Assembly: GCA_951406725.2 (NCBI GenBank) | Contig: OX597831.1 | Span: forward strand, 11,532,001 to 11,596,000 | Reading direction: 5' to 3' | Length of the DNA stretch: 64,000 bases | From: Octopus vulgaris | Lineage: Eukaryota | Shown: positions 58,063-64,000 of the stretch, one piece after another | How positions within the stretch are numbered: position 1 is the first letter of the stretch | Layout: the number at the start of each line of letters is the position of its first letter | Program-made: the position numbers and the translations under genes | Notes under the pieces: model-generated | Databases searched by the model: none | The model's input: only the letters and a program-made list of their open reading frames with translations | Told to the model about the DNA's origin: nothing

Positions 58063-59478
58063 TAAACACACACACATATGTGCTTCACCGCACATACGGA
58101 CGTATATATAATTAAGATATGTTTACATCTAAATATTTAAATTAATGCCTATTAGTCCCCAAATAACGAAATCAAAATTCTATATTTCAATGTTGATGTA
58201 ATAATTATTAATTTTAGTCTCAACAATGAACGCATCGACCAAACATTTAAAAGTTAAGCAGTTTTAAATTTAATGATTCGCATATATTGAGATGCCATCA
58301 ATACCTCCATTTATCTCCCTATACATACATACATACATACATACATACATACATACATACATACATACATACATACATAGTAAGAAAAAGGGGGGAAATT
58401 TCAATTATCCCCACGTGATGAGTTGTAATGCAATATATATATATAAAATAAAAGAAGGAAAATGCACACACTTTACATAGTCTTAATATATTTTATAAGT
58501 GAAAGAGTATTTTGTTTGTCGACCGGTTCGCTTTTGCTAATCATGACATTGAAATTATTGTAATTTAGTTTTTTCTTAAGAAGATTTTAGTCCATGTTGT
58601 GTAAGTGACTTTGTGAATAAAATGTATACATATACATATACTCACACACGTGTATGTATGTGCCTGTGCATGTGTGTGTATGTATAAACTTGTGAGCATA
58701 TATATATATACACACATACATACACACACAGACACACACTCACGTCCACACGATCGGGTGCACACGCACACACATTTAAAGACGTACCTACCTATTCATT
58801 CTTCCGTTCGTTTAGGTGTAGCACAACTATCTGGTTACGAGTTTCGCTTTTAACATTTGTGGTTTAAGGTTCAATTATCTGAATTGATTATTTCTTACGA
58901 ATAAGTAGATAAAATTCAAATGAGGGAAGCGAAGATGATCTATAACGTAAAAATTACAAGTACCAAATGATCAACGCATGTATATTGTTCAAACGCCTAA
59001 ATCAGCGATTTTTCTTCTCTTTTAAGACACAGTTTACTTTAGAGATTGGTGAAATGAAATTACCCCAGAAGTGATAAGGAGAGCAGAGATTATTAAGCGC
59101 TTGTAGCTATGTAGTCCTTTTATTCAGAGCCAATCTGCTGCAATAACAACACCATCATCAGCAACAACAACAGAAGCATTCTAATTTTCATTCCTCCTTG
59201 TCGCCTATATTGCAGGCTTGTTTATGGTTTCAATAGAAAAGAAAACCTAGAACAACTATTCTTTAATTATGTTCATATTTTCAGCTTGAATTTCATCATT
59301 TGGTCCCAAGGAATAATCCTCCCAGACAAACGATATTCATGCATTTGAAGTCTCTGAGCAACTTTACATTTTAATGAGTCACAGCATGGATTTTAAGCAT
59401 TCTACTAAACTGTTAAAATAAATATGCAAAATATTTAAGAAATTGGCCGACGTCAGGTGTTAAGACTAGGAGAATATT

Positions 59479-59863
59479 TATTTCTTTATTGCCCACAGGG
59501 GACTAAACATAGAGGGGATAAATAAGGACAGACAATGGGATTAAGTACTTATTTAATCGACCCCGAAAGGATGAAAGGCAAAGTTGACCTCGGCGGAATT
59601 TGAACTCAGTACGTAGCGGCAGACGAAATACCTATTTCTTCTTACCCACAAGGGGCTAAACTCAGAGAGGACAAACAAGGACAGACAAACGGATTAAGTC
59701 GATTATATCGACCCCAGTGCGTAACCGGTACTTAATTTATTGACCCCGAAAGGATGAAAGGCAAAGTCGACCTCGGCCGAATTTGAACTCAGAACGTAGC
59801 GGCAGACGAAATACCGCTAAGCATTTCGCCCGGCGTGCTAAAGATTCCGCCAGCTCACCGCCC
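59479..59863 (-). mobile_element. SINE family B with tandemly duplicated 3' unit and imperfect TSD
   Basis: Full copy 59632-59863 plus partial copy 59479-59631; flanks TAAGACTAGGAGAATATT / TAAGCCTAGAGAATATT. Confidence 0.9.
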
Positions 59864-60874
59864 TAAGCCTAGAGAATATTCCATATCTGCTTTGTTCAAT
59901 GCTATGTGCGTGATTAAAGTAGAGTAAAGATCAATTGTATTTTTGCGCACAAACTTGTCCGAATTTTGGGAGCGAGTAATTCTACAGACATTTTAATGAC
60001 TTGCGGCACAAACCGAAAGACGATATGCAAAATGTTTCCACGTTTTGCTTATTCTCTTTGCTTATAGTCAGAGATCGGTGTTAAAGCTAGAATAAATCCT
60101 ATACTTGCTTCGTAATATATCAAGGATGTGTGTGTGTGTGTCTGTGTGTGTATGTGAGTGCGCGTGCGTATATGAGGAGAGCGTTCAATTGAATATTTGC
60201 GCACAAACTTGAAAGAATGATGAGAATATGTTAGAGTATAGCGAACTGGTGACAGATGGTTGCAGTTATTCCTGGGTACTTGACAAAAGTTGAACGTTTA
60301 GTTGACTGAAAAACTGAGCAAAGAAAAGAAAATTGAAAACGGTAGAAAGCGAACGACGTTTGTGAATTCTTCAACCCCGGCAGCAATTTAGAAATGGTCA
60401 CGTGCTTTGGGTGTTTTTCACAAATATTATTTTGTTGTTTGTTTCTCTTTTGCTGATAAGAAAATTTGAATTAAAAAAATGTTTGTATCAGGAAATTTGA
60501 AAATAAAATAAAATAAGGAATTAAACCCTAACAACAGTGAAAAGAAGAAGAAAGAAATAAACAAAAATATTTCAAAAGCGGATATTCAACGGCAACGAGG
60601 AAACGAATTATATACATACGTACGAATATATGTGTATGTGTATGTATGTATCTATACGTGTGTGTGTGTGTGTGCTCATATATTGCATATTATATATAAA
60701 GACACACACATAGACACAAATGACAAACACACACGCGCACACATATACACACACATATACATATGCATAATATGTTAGGTTTTTTTTTATTAAAAGAATA
60801 ACAAAGATTAAAATAAGATTAGGAACTCTTGATGAAATAATTAAAGTTAAGAAAACAACGAAACGATAATCAGA

Positions 60875-60929
60875 ATGAAGATGAGGACGAGAACGACGGC
60901 GAAGAGGACGACGATGACGATGACGATGA

Positions 60930-60963
<34 letters not shown>

Positions 60964-61037
60964 GGTGTTGGTGGTGGTGGTGGTGGTGGTGGTGGTGGTG
61001 GTGGTGATGATGATGACGGTTAAGATGAGGATGACGG

Positions 61038-61084
<47 letters not shown>

Positions 61085-61088
61085 GTGG

Positions 61089-61140
<52 letters not shown>

Positions 61141-61172
61141 GGTGATGATGACCGTTAAGATGAGGATGACGG

Positions 61173-61237
<65 letters not shown>

Positions 61238-61268
61238 GTTGTGGTGGTGGTGGTTGTGGTTGTGGTGG

Positions 61269-61332
<64 letters not shown>

Positions 61333-61343
61333 GGTTGTGGTTG

Positions 61344-61383
<40 letters not shown>

Positions 61384-61530
61384 GATGATGATGATGATGG
61401 CGATGATGGTGGTGGTGGTAGTGGTGGTGGTGGTGGTGGTGGTGGTGATGATGATGACGGTTAAGATGGGGATGACGGTGATGGTGGTGATGATCATGAT
61501 GATGATGGTTATGATAGTGGGGATGATGAC
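60875..61530. repeat. (GAT)/(GGT) tract with a recurring GAC(G/C)GTTAAGATG spacer
   Basis: Spacer seen near 61015, 61150 and 61456. Confidence 0.9.
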
Positions 61531-61818
61531 GGCAACGAGAAGGAGGCGGGGGAGGAAAAAATGAACAGATTGTTATGGTTCAGTCAACAAAAACGAAGAA
61601 TAAAATCTGTTGAAAAGGAATAAATAAATCAACCATAAAAAAACAACAAAACAAAAAGAAAGATTAACTCCAAATATTTTATCGGAGTCTTCAATTGTTG
61701 TCAGTCAGTTCACCCAACGAAAACACACACACACACACACACAAACACAAACACAAACACATACGCGCAGAGTCAGACAAACAGTCCGAGAGAGAGAGTC
61801 ATATATATATATATAATA

Positions 61819-62120
61819 TTAGGGAGTATAATTTCAAACTTACAGGGAAAAATTCAATTTAATATTAAATCAAATTTCACAATAATATATATAAATTAGA
61901 GATAAAGCACCATTATGTAATTCAAACAATGATTGACATAAACCAAATCATAAAGAAAAAATAAAATATATTATAAAACATATAACTAGATCACTAAAAG
62001 TACAAAAAAATGAATTAAAAATATGTAAGTAAAAAGACTACGTACGTTTCGTGGCTATAACTTCAATTCGAATTACATTCTTTGAATTACATAATGGTGG
62101 TTTTTCTCTAATTTATATAT
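61819..62120. repeat. AT-rich repeat with ~40-bp inverted arms enclosing a half-HHR
   Basis: ATATATAAATTAGAGATAAAGCACCATTATGTAATTCAAA (61887) inverted at 62081-62120; minus-strand GCCAC-GAAA-CG-UA near 62042-62055. Confidence 0.7.
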
Positions 62121-62124
62121 ATAG

Positions 62125-62201
<77 letters not shown>

Positions 62202-62399
62202 CATAGATAGATGTATCTAAATTTGTGGCTGTGTGGTAAGGACCTTGCTTTCCAATCACATGGTTCCGGGGTCAATGTCACTGCGTGGCATCTTCAGCAA
62301 GTGTTTTCTAATATAGCCTCGGGCAATGTGCAAATGGAAAGTGCGTCGATGCTCAAGCGGATTCTCAGGTCGCGCACCGACGCTAAATCTGGGATATAT

Positions 62400-62570
<171 letters not shown>

Positions 62571-62775
62571 GTGAAATAGAAAGATGAATAATCTTGTTGC
62601 AGATTAATCAAAAGTTTAACCGATACCTTGGTAGCAAAAATCACAGCAGAAGACAGCACGGTTGGAGGTACAACCATATGGTGTTGCAACCGTGCGTTGG
62701 TGCGGATAATTGAATTTTAATATTATTAGTGAATTGAAGAAATGGAGTTGAACGAAGATTGAACAGAAATCGTTT

Positions 62776-62868
62776 TATTTCATTCTACACGTGTTTCGAA
62801 AGGCACAATTTACCAAAATCCGATTGAATAATGAGACCATATTGTGTCTTTCTCTTCAGGAAGAAATA
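62776..62868 (-). ncRNA. Mirror copy of the hammerhead ribozyme
   Basis: Left arm of the palindrome carries the same motif on the minus strand. Confidence 0.85.
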
Positions 62869-62876
62869 GGATTTCC

Positions 62877-62969
62877 TATTTCTTCCTGAAGAGAAAGACA
62901 CAATATGGTCTCATTATTCAATCGGAATTTGGTAAATTGTGCCTTTCGAAACACGTGTAGAATGAAATA
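62877..62969 (+). ncRNA. Type I hammerhead ribozyme, canonical core
   Basis: UAUUUCUUC-CUGAAGA-GAAAGACACAAU(...)AUUGUGCCUUUC-GAAA-CACGUG-UA-GAAUGAAAUA; 12-bp stem II (1 mismatch); 9-bp bulged stem I; GUA triplet. Confidence 0.88.
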
Positions 62970-63179
62970 AAACGATTTCTGTTCAATCTTCGTTCAACTC
63001 CATTTCTTCAATTCACTAATAATATTATATATACATATATGTATGAATATATATATATATGTATGCGTTTCTGTGTCTGTGCGCGTGTGTTTGTTTGTGT
63101 CCGAACGTTAGTACGTATATAGAAGTATATATATATATACCAACATATAATGTGTACGTATAGCCCGAATCTTACAGGT

Positions 63180-63400
63180 CAGCTAAGGACAATCGCATGT
63201 GGAACCAGCCATGAAGAACAAATCAACAGTACAAAGAAATCACATGCCAATCCCTTTAAATGGCCACCACTTTGACAGTATCAGAATCACAATCCCACAA
63301 CATCGATACACTCAAAGAAGTTTGACAAAGTTCTTTCAGCAACCACACAACCTGGGAAACTCAAAGACTACTGCTAAATTCAGACCACAACAGACAAAGA
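63180..63400 (+). mobile_element. Possible decayed LINE ORF2 C-terminal fragment
   Basis: Across frameshifts reads ...NIDTLK/KFDKVLSATTQPG, weakly like the FK..LDKFL..IPDQP LINE terminus. Confidence 0.3.
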
Positions 63401-63760
63401 GTATGTTCTTGAATCCAAAGATTTTGAACTTACGGAGACAATATTTACATATCGCCTGAGAAAACACAACTAGATCTCATAATGCAGAGAAAGAGTTACA
63501 TAATCAAGTACCTGCATGCTTCGAGAACTATGTTGCGTGGAAACAATTGTAGTGATTAAAGAATAAATGTCCAAATTTACCCCCTTTATTGTTGACTCCA
63601 ATACCTACTCATACAGGACAGATGCCTAAGCACAAATCTGAAAGTATGTTATGATTCTACTACTGGTTAGCACAGGGTAAAATATGAAGGTGGACGAGCT
63701 TTATATTTTACTCTACCAGGTTCTTAACAGAATATACCCGAACTAGACGTAAACAAACAC

Positions 63761-63805
<45 letters not shown>

Positions 63806-63886
63806 TAGATAGATAGATAGAGAGAGAGAGACAGACAGAGACAGAGAGACAGAGACAGAGACAGACAGAGAGATAGACAGACAGAC

Positions 63887-63939
<53 letters not shown>

Positions 63940-64000
63940 CAAATAAAGATATGTATGAGTGCATATATGTATATACGTGTATGTATACACACACATACAC

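Larger units (their letters stand above)
62718..63027. repeat. 310-bp palindrome (~154-bp arms, one mismatch seen)
   Basis: Centre AATAGGA-TT-TCCTATT at 62872/62873; arms are complementary out to TAATATTATTAGT / ACTAATAATATTA. Confidence 0.97.

Overview
AT-rich, microsatellite-saturated non-coding animal DNA. The tRNA-derived SINE families suggest a coleoid cephalopod, probably Octopus (inference from recalled repeat sequences, not a search). No intact host protein-coding gene is supported: almost all supplied ORFs are translations of (TA)n/(CA)n/(TATG)n/(TAGA)n/(GGT)n/(GAT)n tracts. Recognisable content is at least four tRNA-headed SINE families (>20 copies), three Tc1/mariner remnants (a MITE, an N-terminal transposase fragment, and a foldback made of two 5' ends), a CR1/L2-like LINE 3' end whose tail matches the main SINE, and weaker piggyBac-, hAT- and Helitron-like non-autonomous fragments. 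The most striking signal is about ten type I hammerhead-ribozyme (HHR) motifs in several unrelated repeat contexts. Most abut (TA)n tracts and several lie inside long inverted repeats. The set includes canonical cores (50635-50723, 57116-57174, 62877-62969 plus its mirror copy) and cores with compensatory swaps of the 3-8 pair (G3-C8 at 7287-7332, U3-A8 at 19879-19915). Most have short palindromic stem III sequences of the dimer-active type associated with Penelope-like elements and retrozymes.
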